A stretch of DNA of 64,000 bases. Source: Epithemia pelagica (lineage: Eukaryota; Protista; Bacillariophyta). The notes below the pieces were generated by a model that was not told the DNA's origin, ran no database searches, and saw only the letters and a program-made list of their open reading frames with translations. Made by a program: the position numbers and the translations under genes. Of this stretch, positions 9,759 to 22,240 are shown piece after piece (positions within the stretch are counted from its first letter, which is position 1; each line of letters starts with the position of its first letter). The DNA is taken from the NCBI GenBank assembly GCA_946965045.2, contig OX337229.1, positions 5,270,001-5,334,000 of the forward strand. The letters run 5' to 3'.

Positions 9759-11492
9759 TTATCCGCAGATTCTTCGTAAAAATGCCAAAAGAGCTTGAGC
9801 AACGCGAGGGCACTGATGAGGCAAAACCAGTGCTGGAAGTGGAGTCATCAAGGAAGAGGACGGGGTAATTACGCTATCCTTGGACTTTCTTTTGGATGCT
9901 GTGACCGTTCTTCTGACAGCCGTTGCTTCCGTATGATTGGTTGGTTGGTCCGGGTACCCGGCCGCGCTGATTTGTTGCACATGCGCTTCCTCATCAAACA
10001 ACCGTTTGTACAAGTCCGTTTGTGCCAAGGTTGGCAAATGTCGTGGTGACACATGAATGGCCCACTTGTTACGGATCCAGCGTTGTCGACAGAACAAACT
10101 GTGTTCGGTGGTAGCATTGAGAGATGCTGGTGTAGAGGCTGTGCTGTTTTTGTCCGGTGTTGGCAAGGTGACGGGGATGCGATCCACACTAACCACGCGA
10201 TTTTCGACGCAAATAGAGTTGGGAGCACGCACACCTACATCAAGTTGCAAGGCTAGGGAATCAGTCCAATACAAAGAACGGGGAATCTGCGTTGCAGTTT
10301 GGGGGATGACAGTCTGAACGTTTGTGTGGTTGGATGTTTTCTTGTCGTTGGTGATATCATCATTTGATTGTTGTTGAGCTTCAACAGTGAAGACTCGTTG
10401 GAAGAGAGATTGGAGAAGACGATGTGTGGTGCCAAGCCATGCGTGGGGAGTTCCGACGGCAAAGGAGGGTGCAACCCGTTCCAAGAGAACCAAACAGTTG
10501 GTGGTTTTTCGGGTTTGGTTCCAAATCGCACCTTGTTCTTGTATATGCCTTGTTTGAGAGAGAGTCAAGGGCAAGACATGAACATCGGCGTACCAAATCA
10601 ATGGCTCGTTGCCAGTGGCAACGACAGGGTGTTTTCCCTTGACGAGAAAGGATGACAGTGCCATCCAACGACGGAAAAGCATGGCGTTGTAACCTGAGAG
10701 ACCATGTCTGGTTTTGAATGAATGATGTTGATGCTCCAGCTGAAAATCAAGAGACATGTTGCGCAGCCATTGCCAACTATACTCCGAGATGGACCGAGCA
10801 ACAGTTTCGTCGTGATTGTTCGGATTCTTGGACTTGATCTTGTTGCTGCCGTAGAGGTGCAAAGGCCAGGAGGATGACGCAATATCACTGTCGGTGAGAA
10901 TGATTGTTGTCCATCCGGCTCGTTGCCATTCGTGTTTCCATAACGACAGCATGGAAGAAGCTGATGAAGATTCTGCCCCAGACGCTGTCGTGTTCGCACT
11001 TCTGTCCATGTGCCCAATATTGTTGTCTCTGTTGATGTCCATCCATTTGGACCGATAAGTGTAGATGATGGGACGGTGCCCTTGAACTTGTGGAACATCA
11101 AACAATGAATGATTCTTGTTGTTTCGGTCATTTATGTGGCTACTTTTAGAGGCATTCTTGTTCTTCAAGTTATTCTTTCTTATCAGTTCCTCCTTTTCCA
11201 TTTGCAATAATGCTGTTCCATGCTCGTTGGTAAGAAGTTGATCTCCATTGGTCTTTGGCAGCGTCAGTGAGACTTGAATCGATTGACCAAGTTGCCAAGT
11301 AGCACAAAGTACGATAACCAAGCCCAATACTAGTCGTATCAGCACGAGACTTGTCGTCCGCCGATTTCGACCATCTCGACGAGGGCACCAACGAGGAAGA
11401 AGACGACCATTCCAGAACGACAAGGACAGCGTCATTGGTTTCGTCTTCTCCTCTTGTTGTCGTAGAAGCCTTGACCGAGTCCGAGTTCCCAA
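9759..11492 (-). CDS. Type II membrane protein, possibly glycosyltransferase-like
   Basis: 577-aa ORF with N-terminal basic stretch plus one TM (LVLIRLVLGLVIVLCATW). WKHEWQRAGWTTIIL, FRRWMALS and WYADVHVLPL resemble a GT-A-like algal family with a degenerate DxD. Confidence 0.6.
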   Translation of the reverse strand: MGTRTRSRLLRQQEEKTKPMTLSLSFWNGRLLPRWCPRRDGRNRRTTSLVLIRLVLGLVIVLCATWQLGQSIQVSLTLPKTNGDQLLTNEHGTALLQMEKEELIRKNNLKNKNASKSSHINDRNNKNHSLFDVPQVQGHRPIIYTYRSKWMDINRDNNIGHMDRSANTTASGAESSSASSMLSLWKHEWQRAGWTTIILTDSDIASSSWPLHLYGSNKIKSKNPNNHDETVARSISEYSWQWLRNMSLDFQLEHQHHSFKTRHGLSGYNAMLFRRWMALSSFLVKGKHPVVATGNEPLIWYADVHVLPLTLSQTRHIQEQGAIWNQTRKTTNCLVLLERVAPSFAVGTPHAWLGTTHRLLQSLFQRVFTVEAQQQSNDDITNDKKTSNHTNVQTVIPQTATQIPRSLYWTDSLALQLDVGVRAPNSICVENRVVSVDRIPVTLPTPDKNSTASTPASLNATTEHSLFCRQRWIRNKWAIHVSPRHLPTLAQTDLYKRLFDEEAHVQQISAAGYPDQPTNHTEATAVRRTVTASKRKSKDSVITPSSSLMTPLPALVLPHQCPRVAQALLAFLRRICG

Positions 11493-12205
11493 TCACCAAT
11501 CACTTGAACGACGAGCTGCGTACTCCTACAATGCAATTCACGCTGAGAAGAAATGAGACTGATCGATTGCTGTGTATCGCCGCAACACAGAAGTTCTCTT
11601 GTTTTACTCCTAGGAAAAAAGAGTCTCATTGCCAAAAAATGAACAAACGAGTTTTGCTCGGTATATAGTGTATATAGGGGTAGTCTACCTAATGTCTAAG
11701 TTCCACTACTCCTCTAGCTAGCGCACACTTCCTCCGTGAATGCCATGCCAGAGTCTGGTCGATCGTTTGCGCTTAACCGCATAACAGACCAATATGCCTT
11801 CAGACATAATTGAAACGGATCGTGCATATGTTAAATAGACTTATAGGAAAATCTACGAGAGGTTGCTTGGGCTCCGTTCCTTCTCCTTGTAATCCCAGGG
11901 GACTCGAGACTTGGATCACAACATGAATGATGCAAATGGGCACATAGTTACCCAGAGTAAAAAGGTGAGCAGTACGCTGGATCTCGCGCAATGTCCGGGA
12001 AGTTATGGCAAGGTCAAACCAATGTCATTGCCCCGTGGCAGTTTATCGGCGCTGATGTGTCCACCTGATCGCAACGAATGATATGAATAGGGGATCCTTG
12101 ATCCGTCAACTTCTACCTGCGTTACCACGTACCGACAGAGACACTCGTACGTGCGTGCGAGAGAGAAACTTGTTTCAGGATATGAATTTTCATCCGTTCA
12201 ATCCA

Positions 12206-15200
12206 TCATCCAGTACTTGTAGTCGTTGTATCCATATCCTCTTCACGCGTTACGCTAGTGACGGAACACGACGTAGGCTCCTCCTCTTCTCCCTTTGCAA
12301 AGTTCCGTAGTAGTTCTTGGTCCTCCTCTCCTTCTTGATTGAGGTCATCATTTTCTTGTTGAGTTCGCAGGGCGTGTTGTTCCAACAAATGAACGCGATC
12401 TTCGGCCGACGCCAAGACTCGCCACAGTTCTTGTCGAAGCGCTTTGGCTTCAGTGGCAAAGGGTTTGAAAATGAAGCTATCCGCACCAGCTTCTTGAAAT
12501 CCCAATCGGACATCGTTAGCACTCAAGCCACATATCACACTCGTGACTCCTCGCGATCGCAAGATCCGTGTAGTCTCTGTCCCCAACAATTGCTGTTCCA
12601 CACTGGCCATGTACTGGTCCACAAAAATCAAGTCAAACGCAGACGGCGTCGCACAGTCCTTGTCATCATCACTGCTCTGCTCTTCTACCAGTTTCAGTGC
12701 CGTTTCTCCATTCGAAGCTTCTTGAATCTGCCAATCGGGAGCTACCTTACGGATAGTTCGAGCAAACAGTTTGCGAAGAATCATATCGTCATCCACAAAC
12801 AACACGCGCAGATTGGGCGGAAGAACAGGCTCTTCCTTGCTGTCTTGTGCCCCGTCGTGAGAAGGGCTCAAGAAGGCACCCCCAACAAATAATCCTGATC
12901 CTGGACTTTCTGGATCAAACGCACCGGATTGCAACAAGCTTTGACTGCTTTCATCCATCAAACTCAATTTCTCATTCAAACTGGAGCCATATTCGACGTC
13001 TCTGTCATTATTCTCCTCTTCAGGGAGTGTCACCTTTTGCTCACATTTGAGGTTGGTGTCGATGACAAAGCGAGCACCGGGATTACCTTCAAAGCCACTA
13101 TCAAACTCTTCATCTAACCACAAATCCATACCCATTAGATCCACCAGTTTCTTGCTTAAGCTTAATCCAATTCCTGTCCCTTGATTTAACGAATCTAGAC
13201 TGGACTGAAATTTGGAAAACAGTTGCACGCGTTTTTCGGGTGGTACACCTGGTCCGGAATCTTCAATGGATATTTGGATCGTTTGGTTATCTGGACGAAT
13301 ACCGGCCTTGAGTCGGATAAGGCCATGATGGACAAACTTGCTTGAATTTCGAGCCAAGTTTAACACAACCTGTTTTAAACGAAGGCCATCGGCCAAAATG
13401 ACCATATCCTTTGGAAAACATTCCACTATCACATTGACCTTACAATCTCGGAGGTATAACATGGATCGAATAGGTTCCAAGACATCGGAAGAAATATCAG
13501 TGGGTTTCTTTTCAATTACCATGCGATTCGTGGACGCTCTGGAAGTGTCCAACATTGATCGCAACAAATCATTAATGAAATGTAGGCTGTTGCCGATAAT
13601 GGCCACATCCTCTTGTACTGATAGTTGAGATTCTTCAGTGGACAAGGGTTCGGGGACGTGGACTTGGGCTCGAACAAAGGAATGTGCAGATATGGCGGCT
13701 GCCAAGGGATTTCGCACTTCGTGGGCCACATAGTCATTGAGCTCTCGTTCGGCTCGTGCTGACTGATTGGCACTAGCCACCATCAATTGCGCCCGTTCCT
13801 GCTCACCCTCTCGTTTCAATCGGTGAATCTTGGCAGTTTTCAACGAATCCGTGTACACCCTGTTCCGTGTAGGAAAGGAAACCAGAGGAAACACCCCAGC
13901 GAAAGCACCGCATAGCAAACACGATTCGCACATAGGATAAACCGTCGAAGTAATGAGAAACAGTTGATGGTGAGTAGAGAGACAATGCCAAGAACAAGCC
14001 ACAAAAACACTCTAAACGTACCATAAGGCCAAACATGCACAAGCCACAAAAATGATAATGCCTCCGAAAATGATGTATAAGTGCGCTTCTCCCAATCCTG
14101 TATCATTGCGGATCACCACGATTGTCCAATCGCGAGACATGACGGAGATTGTCTCGTGATAGATGAAACGATCGTTCTTTCGCGATCCATCGTGCTTGTC
14201 CAAAGCTTGCGACAAACTCACTTCCGGCAAGAAACACGGTTCATCATTCATGGTCCGGCGCCTATCACAACACAATTGAACGGAAACGCCACCCAAATAG
14301 GCCCTTTCTTCTTGAACGTCATCAGATGTGTCGAACAAGTACACATCCACATCCTTCTCACTCAAACTTTGCTGCGTCAAGGCGGCTCGCCGCATGATAT
14401 CGTACAGAGTGAAGTGAATCTTGGCCAGAACAACTTCGGGTTCTCCTTCCACTTCCTCATGAAAGGTCCGCGAAGTGCTAGAGATGGCGCGGTCGAAATG
14501 TCCTGGTTGAATCATTATGATTTGATAATCTTTGGGTGAATGTCCAAATCGATGCGACAAGGACACTTTTTGTGTTTCCAAGGCCTTATCAATCGCAAAT
14601 CTTCGAGCAGAGGAACTGTAGGCATCAAAATCCACCGCACGCAAATTCGCTTCATTTTCCAGGGGCTCTACATAATGTTGAACATAGTAGTAGTCACTCT
14701 CCGGACTAGGCAAAATGGCATGCCTTCCAGGTCCATTTGGGGTATCCTGTAACGAAGTGAAGCCCGAATAATTGTAATTGGGAAAGTATTGTTGAAGATA
14801 GGCTCTTGTTTCTTTTTCGTATTTGGTACGTTGGGAATGAGGTACTCTGGGAATGTATTCAATGGATTGGAATTGCAAGCCAGTGGAGGCAATGTGCTGA
14901 TAAATTTCCGCAAATCGAGCACGTGACAAGTCACCATGCATTACCCCTTGATGAGCCCACAATCCTGCAACTTGATAGGAACTCAACAAATCTCGAAAAT
15001 AGCTGGGGAACACAGCGGCCCGTTTTTCGAATTCGGCTTGAGCATCGTCGTGTTCCGAAATAACGCCAAGGGCAATAAAGGCTGCCGATGCGGCTGTGCC
15101 AATCAGAACGATCAACAAGGGGATCATCCATCGATTGTTCCGAGACTGACCAGCGTTGTTGTTAGAAGACACAAACAAGGAAGACGGAGAGGCTTCGTGT

Positions 15201-15634
15201 TTCAATAAAGCTCGACGAGAAGGCTCGTGAGGCGAGAGAGAGGATACGGCTTCCTCATCCTCTTTCTTATCCTCAATGACCGATGTACCCACGGATCTTT
15301 CAATTCTCATGTTGTTAGACTTGCTTGTACTCTGGCAGGTGGAATAGCTACTTTGCCGTGGATCATCCAATGATGATGTGACAGTTTTTGTTTCTTTGCA
15401 CTTGAATCCACTGAAGGGCTTTTCGTTTGTTATTCCGTTCATCCCTTGCGGTGACCCAGTTTTTGATTCTGGTTGACCTTCCTCGAGATCAGGTTGTCGG
15501 TACGACTTCTCTAGGCGTTGCTTCCGAAAAAACATCAAGAACTTGCCGGAAGGAAAGGATGAAGCTTCGGAATCACCATTTCTCTGATCAGCCTCGTCAG
15601 GCATTACAGTATTGCTTTGATTGCCCATGGTCAT
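12206..15634 (-). CDS. Hybrid sensor histidine kinase: TM-CHASE-TM-HisKA-HATPase-REC (intron 13860-14021)
   Basis: H-box YVAHEVRNPL; N-box LNLARNSSKF; G1 EDSGPG; G2 GTGIGL; REC VDDD / FVDQYM / KPF. GTACGT..ACAG splice joins LALW-VYTDS in frame. Confidence 0.92.
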
Positions 15635-16261
15635 AATTGGATCGTCGATGATCTTGTTGAATGGCTTACGTTTCAAGTGGTATAATGAATACTGATCCAG
15701 TTAAAGCTTGAGTCAGAATCAAGCGCTTTTTGCCATCAATCGTCCAGATTCGCGTTGGCAGGGCTTCAGTTTGTCTTGCTGATCAATTTCGTATTCTCGT
15801 ATTCTTCTCCTCTCAAGCTAGAGAAAGAAGTCTCTTTGACTCTCGTTCCTCAGATGATCGAATAATGGGATATTTCACATCACGGATCACTTATCGGATT
15901 GGTGTCGGTTCGTCGGTTGCCCGTTGGCAAGATCCGCGTTACATGGTTCTCTGATTCTCTGGTTGTCTTGTCTTGTGTCCTGTTTTTTGCTTGTTGCTTA
16001 TTGCAGCGTTGCAGCTTGCGCAGGCAGTATTCGGAAATTACGAATAGCCAAAACATCTGGACCCAGTGAACCTCAGCGTTTTGATTATAAACATATGAGA
16101 TAATATGTGTTTAATCGCAGTCGACAGATGGAGCGTACCAAATACCATGGGTCGCGGTCGGGGTTCGGGGTACTAAAATCTACAATTTTTATCACAGTCT
16201 CTACTATACCCGATTAAGTAAGAGTATAAGTACCAGTAGTGCTTTATCTTCATAGCTCTTA

Positions 16262-16467
16262 TTCCAGTTTCCAGTCCGTGTTCCTTGCTCCTTGCCCCTC
16301 CACCATCCTCCATCCTCCATCCTCCATTGCAACTTGCAACTTGCAACTTGCACCCACCTTGCACCTTGCACCTTGCCCTTTGCCCTTTCTGCTTTCTGCT
16401 TTCTGCTTCTGTGTTCTGTGTTCTGTGGTCGTTTGTCGTTTCATCATTCTGAATCTTGAATCCTGAA
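16262..16467. repeat. Chain of different 7-nt tandem stutters
   Basis: (ttccagt)2, (tccttgc)2, (ccatcct)3, (tgcaact)3, (ccttgca)2-3, (ttctgct)3, (ttctgtg)3, (gtcgttt)2. Confidence 0.85.
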
Positions 16468-16624
16468 CTTTTCTGATAAAATAAATACTAACTTCAATAT
16501 TCTATTTAGCAACTTAAAAAAGAAAGAATATTGAAGATTTAGCTAGGACATGTCTCGATTTAGCTAGGACAAGTCTCGAATACGAGAAATGAGAATTGAG
16601 TCGCACATTGTTTTCAGACCAGGC

Positions 16625-16625
16625 C

Positions 16626-16660
<35 letters not shown>
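16625..16660. repeat. (CAGA)9 microsatellite
   Basis: Read directly from sequence. Confidence 0.95.
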
Positions 16661-18115
16661 AGAGTCGCCTTTTGATGTCAATCTTGCGTATTTTGTTGGT
16701 CCCACGAACAGACTTCCGTCCTCGAAAAAGGCCCAAACCAGCGACTTCCCAGCGAACTTAGTGATACGGTTCGGCATTAAGTCCGGAAATTACATTCACT
16801 CCATTTTGGGTCACGAATTCGACGCGCTGGAGAGTGGACAACATGTGCGACCCCGGCGGTGAAACACCACCACTTCTGGGGAGTACAAGTAGTGCCTACC
16901 TACAAGTAGCGTGTCTGATCGATATGCTCTACTCGTATTGTAGTCGACCAGAAGGCGGTGCAGTTCGGAGGGTGCCCGGCGCTCCACCACTGTAAGTAAT
17001 ATTTGTGTCGTCCGAATGTCGCAGAAATAGATAAGGGGAACGTGCGCATGTCATCTAGGTTACATAGGACACAACTGCCATCAGTCTACAAGACTGAGCG
17101 TGGGATGTCCCATTCGTCTCCATCCAATCCCTATCCACTGTACCCCCCGAATGGACTTTCCCGTGCACGTGCTCGGCGACTGCATGCCGAACGCGTACTG
17201 GCCCAAGGGAACATTTTTGTAAGTAACTCTCTCTCTCGCCTTCTCTCCGAGGAGATTTTTTTGTATTGCGCTCGCGTGAAGGTCGGCCTCTTTTGGCTTT
17301 CCCGTGTATTCTTGACTGGATTGCCCATTGACAACACCATCCATCCATCAACATTTGCAACGACGAGGGGAACATCCACGAGTAACAACAAGCAGGACAA
17401 GTGCTAGGTTCTGCTGGTAGGCCGAAACCCAACAAGGAGACCCAGCGACCGCATCTCCCTTTGTTTGGTGTTGCTTGGGGGCCAACGATCGGGTGATTGG
17501 ATTCGGTACCAGTTTTTTGTCGAGCAAATCCACATTTGGCCTTGTTTTTTGTGGTGACCGCCGTTGATTGTTTGTGTGTGTGTCCCCCTGTTTCTGGCTT
17601 GGTTTCTCGTGTGTGTGACACATACAACGGACTGCATACTCCAACAAAAGAAGAGCATCTCCTGTCGGGTGATTGGTGTCTCTGCTTGTTGGTGGTGGTG
17701 CTGCTGCAGTCCTTTGCGTCGCTAGATTTGGGGCTTGGGCGGAAGCGACTGTTGCCGTCGTTTACCATCGCCCTACGTGAGACCTTCAACGCATCATCGG
17801 CAAAGACTCTCACGTCCTAGTTACTGTCATTGAGGAATACAACACACTTTTTTTGAATCGGTCTTGCTCTCCCCAAAATCTGGCCCAACAAAGTGTGTCT
17901 GGTATCTTCGCTCCAGACAAGAAAATCGTGAAACAACAACCTAGATTTTGTTTGTTTTGCTGAAACGATTGTTTTTCAGGAAGTTCACGGCGTGCCAGGT
18001 CCATCATTGTCACCATCTTGATTGGCATTCCGACAGACGAACAAACTGAATCCGAATTCCCCGGAAACAAGAAGAACCACAATCACGCAATCTCAGAAAG
18101 TTTTCCATTTCAATC

Positions 18116-19921
18116 ATGCCGTCGGCTTCGGTCCTTCGGACGTTACCACCGCGGTCGCCCCGAGTACCTCCTATGAAATCACCATCTCAACTTCTGCGCG
18201 AGCGCAGTAGTAGTAATATCTACAGTTCTAGTGGTACGAATGAAGACAATGAAGGAGGATTGGTCGACCCATCTCCGCAACATTTGCCGGCTCATTTACC
18301 ACCAGTTATGGATGCGGATTTGGCGGAAACAAGAGGAGACTTTGTAGTCTCACCCGAACAAGGCACTGGCAATGAAGAGCAACAACAACCGTCTCCTCAA
18401 TCTCTGCATTCGTCATCATCATACTCATCCTCTTCGTCTTCATCGCCCAATAGCGTTGCGGACCATCCGTCGGGGAATTCTTCCAGTACTGGTATGAACG
18501 CCATGAGTTGTGTGGCATCGGCTGCCACAGCTCCCATTTCCTTTTGGCGGGGCAAAAAGGTTTCCAGCACGGACGTTGCCTCTGTCGGCAATGCCAGTGA
18601 TACTGGCATTCCATGGTCTCGTCACGGTATTTCCACTACCACTACTGGTCGGGCCCTCCACGAAAAAGCCAAAATGGCCTTGAACGCTGGAAACTATGAT
18701 ACAGCTCTGGAACTATTTCAAGCCATTCTACAAGCACAACATCAACGATTTGGGAAATGTCACACCTCCGTCGCTGCGGCTATGCACAATGTTGGAGGTA
18801 CGTACCTGTGCAGCTGATGTTTCTACAGCCAATTATATATCAATTCACAAACTGACCACTCACGTTGTCTTCTCATTACGTGCCCTCATGGCATCCATTG
18901 TAATATGTTCTTTGTGTGGGGATTCCTCTTTTTGGCTGGCACAGTTTGTTTACAACGAATGGGCCAGCATAGTGTGGCTGAAACCTTGCTCACCGAAGCC
19001 GTTCAGACCCGAGAAAAGACCATGGGTCGGAATCATGTGGAAGTGGCAGCTTCTTTGAGTAAATTGGGATCGGTCCGTATTGCTCTAGGAAAATTCGAAG
19101 AAGCCTTTACGGATCTACGACGTGCCTTGTCCATTGCCAGAACACATGCCGCAGCCCAACAATATGCCTCCGGTTCGGAATCCCCGGACAACCCGGCAGG
19201 GTGCTCTCCTTCTGGCACTGGAAGCTTTGGCAGCAGCGCAGACCAGAATGCGAGTAACAAGACTGTGGCGCAAATGTTATGTCATTTGGCTTGCTTGTAT
19301 TTCGAGACGGGAGAATTCTTTGCCTCGCAAGCAACCTTCCAAGATGCGCTCGATATATATCGGGACGTGTGGGAATCGACGACAGCCTTACCCGAAACAG
19401 ACAAGAAAGCAAAGAATGCTCTTATGCTGCAATTAACAGATACATTGTGCAACATTGGTTCCGTGTTAAATCGACGCAAAAACTTTGGTCAGGCGATCGG
19501 TAACTTTCAAGAAGCACTCGATCTGCTCAGAGGGATTGTGGAACACGACCATCCACGCATCATTAGTACACTCGACAACTTGGCTTACAGCTATTCTAAG
19601 AATAAAGAGTACGCACGGGCAGTGACCTGTTATCGGACCATGCTACGTGCACAAGTATCGCAATCAGGAACCTTCACCGAAGAATGTTTGTCCACATTTC
19701 GGAAACGAGTCGTCATGTACGAAAAGCTGCGATTAATAACCGAAGCCATAAACGATACCCGAGATGTGATGAGACTACAGAAAACTTTGTTGTCGAAAGA
19801 TGACCCCATTGTGGAAGAAACGAGAGTTTTGCTTGAGGAGCTACAAACTAAAAAGAAGAAAGAACGGAAGAAACAGTTGGCCCAACAGCAACAACTTCCC
19901 GAACAATCAATAGAATGCTGA
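18116..19921 (+). CDS. TPR-repeat protein, kinesin light chain / nephrocystin-3-like (intron 18798-18944)
   Basis: VAAAMHNVG, VAASLSKLG, LCNIGSVL, STLDNLAY TPR helices. GTACGT..ACAG splice gives VG-VCLQRMG. Confidence 0.85.
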
Positions 19922-20253
19922 GATTCACGATGATTCAGGGCAAATTACTTCATCATATCCCATCTTAACGACCATGGAGACGAAGCGAGATCCTCTACGG
20001 CAATGACACTTATCCGGGATTTGGCCCTGATGCTTATGGAACCGGCATTGCGCACATTTTGATCAACGTTGTCCTTCTATACTTTCACTGTTCTATCCAC
20101 GCATCGGGACTCTCACAGAATCTCCCGAATGAAGTAAACGTACATCGCATAATTCTAAACCGCATTATTTCAAGTTGGATCTACACCACCTACTAGACTG
20201 ATTCACCAATTGTCATATTCGTCTCGTCTCGTGTGAACGGCGTCCCTCGATGT

Positions 20254-20454
20254 CTACGGAAGTATACGTTGCTGTCGCTGGGGATAGGGAGTAGGGAGGT
20301 ATTCGTATTTTTTCGTAAACTGTTCAGTGTTCAGCATCAAGCGGTCCATTCTGTCCAGAGTTTCTGTTTTACTGGAGCGGGGCCTGGATCTCGGACCAGC
20401 AGACGACACAGATGGCAGAGGAAGGTGGGCAGTGGGCGTGGCGATGGATGCCAT
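20254..20454 (-). CDS. Possible small hypothetical protein
   Basis: 66-aa ATG ORF with catcATGG context; no homology recognised. Confidence 0.2.
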   Translation of the reverse strand: MASIATPTAHLPLPSVSSAGPRSRPRSSKTETLDRMDRLMLNTEQFTKKYEYLPTPYPQRQQRILP

Positions 20455-22240
20455 GATGAATGATGAGCGAATAGCGAATGCTCGATCCTCGTACTAGAGA
20501 ACTAGAGATGATGGATGTGGGATGTGGGATTGTTCAAGACTCATCAACAATCAACAGCTTGCACGAGTACAGATTGAATATGGCAGAAATCCGCAAGCCA
20601 CAAGCTATGAATTTAGTCGTTTATTGTCCTCACATTTTCGACCATAGAAAAGCCGACCGGATGCGGGATATGGTTTTTGGATGAATACACTTCCGCATTC
20701 CGCATTCTTTTACCAGCGTCTAGATGGCAATCGGCAATCGTCAATTGTTAGTAGCAGACTGTTGGAATAATCGTACATCGCCCTGCCTGCCTACCTCCTA
20801 CCTCCTACTCATACATCAAGTATGAAGTCGCTTGGTCTACTCGTGACTGTGGAGAGTGGAGAGACGAGCATGTGCTCAAGCTAATCCGGTGGCGACAACA
20901 GACGGAGTCAGTCACTTAGTTCACAGACCTTCACCTACACTACAAGATTCAATAAAGATCCAAGTACGTGTGTGAGGATTCACCAAGAGTTCAGAACCAC
21001 GGATTGGGACAATCGTCTTGGTCACACTGTCTTCAGATTGATCTATTCGAGAAGGTGCTCTTCCCTGCAGGTCCAGCATCTATTGAGTTTGTATTGCTCT
21101 GAGTTGGCATTGGTCACAAAAACACGAAGAGAGAATGGGCGCGCATTTGTACGTATAGTACTGACTACGTACAATTTACTGCTTGGGAAGCGTAACCATT
21201 CTTTCAAATCGACGCACGCTCAGTAGCTGTCGGTTACCAAGCATGCTCTTGCTGACCGTAGATTCTTCGCCCGAGTACCGCTCTAGCCCCCGAAAGCACG
21301 GGTTGGCACGCAGGGCGAACCGCTGCAAAATACCATTTGCCAAAATCCTCACATGCCACTGCGAGAATTTTGCCGGTTTCCGAAATCCATCAGCCAACTC
21401 GTAAACGACGGACAAGCGCCTTATTATTTCTCCGCTCTATTCCCCATATTTCCCCGGGCCAAGCCCAAGCCGAAACTCTTAAATAATAATATGATAGGGT
21501 AATAAGTACTACGAGAAGCAGAAAGCAGTCTACATTCTAAGTTCATAAGGTTTCTTTTCATATCTTTAAATAAGACACTTCCAATAATTGGAGGAATTCA
21601 TTATTTCGTATTTCGTGCCATTTATTACGAATGGCACGTGTTATCCTTTAAATATAAGACTTATATGCTTTACGAGTATGCCTACAAGCAGTACGAGTAC
21701 TCGTAATGGTTAATGGTCCATCGTCATGATTCAATAAAAAAATATTGCCTTTGCCATTTGCCAGGGGTCCTGCAATCCTCGCGCCGGGTGTGCACCCCAC
21801 TTTTTGGGAGATACATTCACCCGCCAATGCTTTTTCTCCTCACTTTAACTTCTACAAGTGTGATAACAAGAGCAACACCATTGTCCAGTCCACACACAGT
21901 CCACGTATGTTCGAGAATGCAACCAGAAGTACCGCGAATTGCTTTTTTCCACGCATGGTTGCTTCGTGGTTCCTCCACCTGAAATTCCGGAAGCAACCTG
22001 TTCTGAACAACGTGTTGTTTGTTAAATGAGCGCAGCAAAATTGTCCAGGGACTGGTGCTCGTCATGTCCATTCGAGACCTGCCGATTATCTCGTTTTTTC
22101 TCACGTGTCCTCTTCTCATTTGCGCACCCTTTTCAATTCAGCCAAGGACGAGCTTGTTTCTATTGATTACTCCTTGCTTCTTTGCTGAGGCGTCTATTCG
22201 ATCACAAAGAGGGACGTAGTACAAGGAGGTAAGCGGAGGA

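Noticed and set aside
17003-17813. Overlapping 134-aa and 252-aa ORFs
   Set aside because: Promoter-like low-complexity composition, no motifs and no consistent frame.
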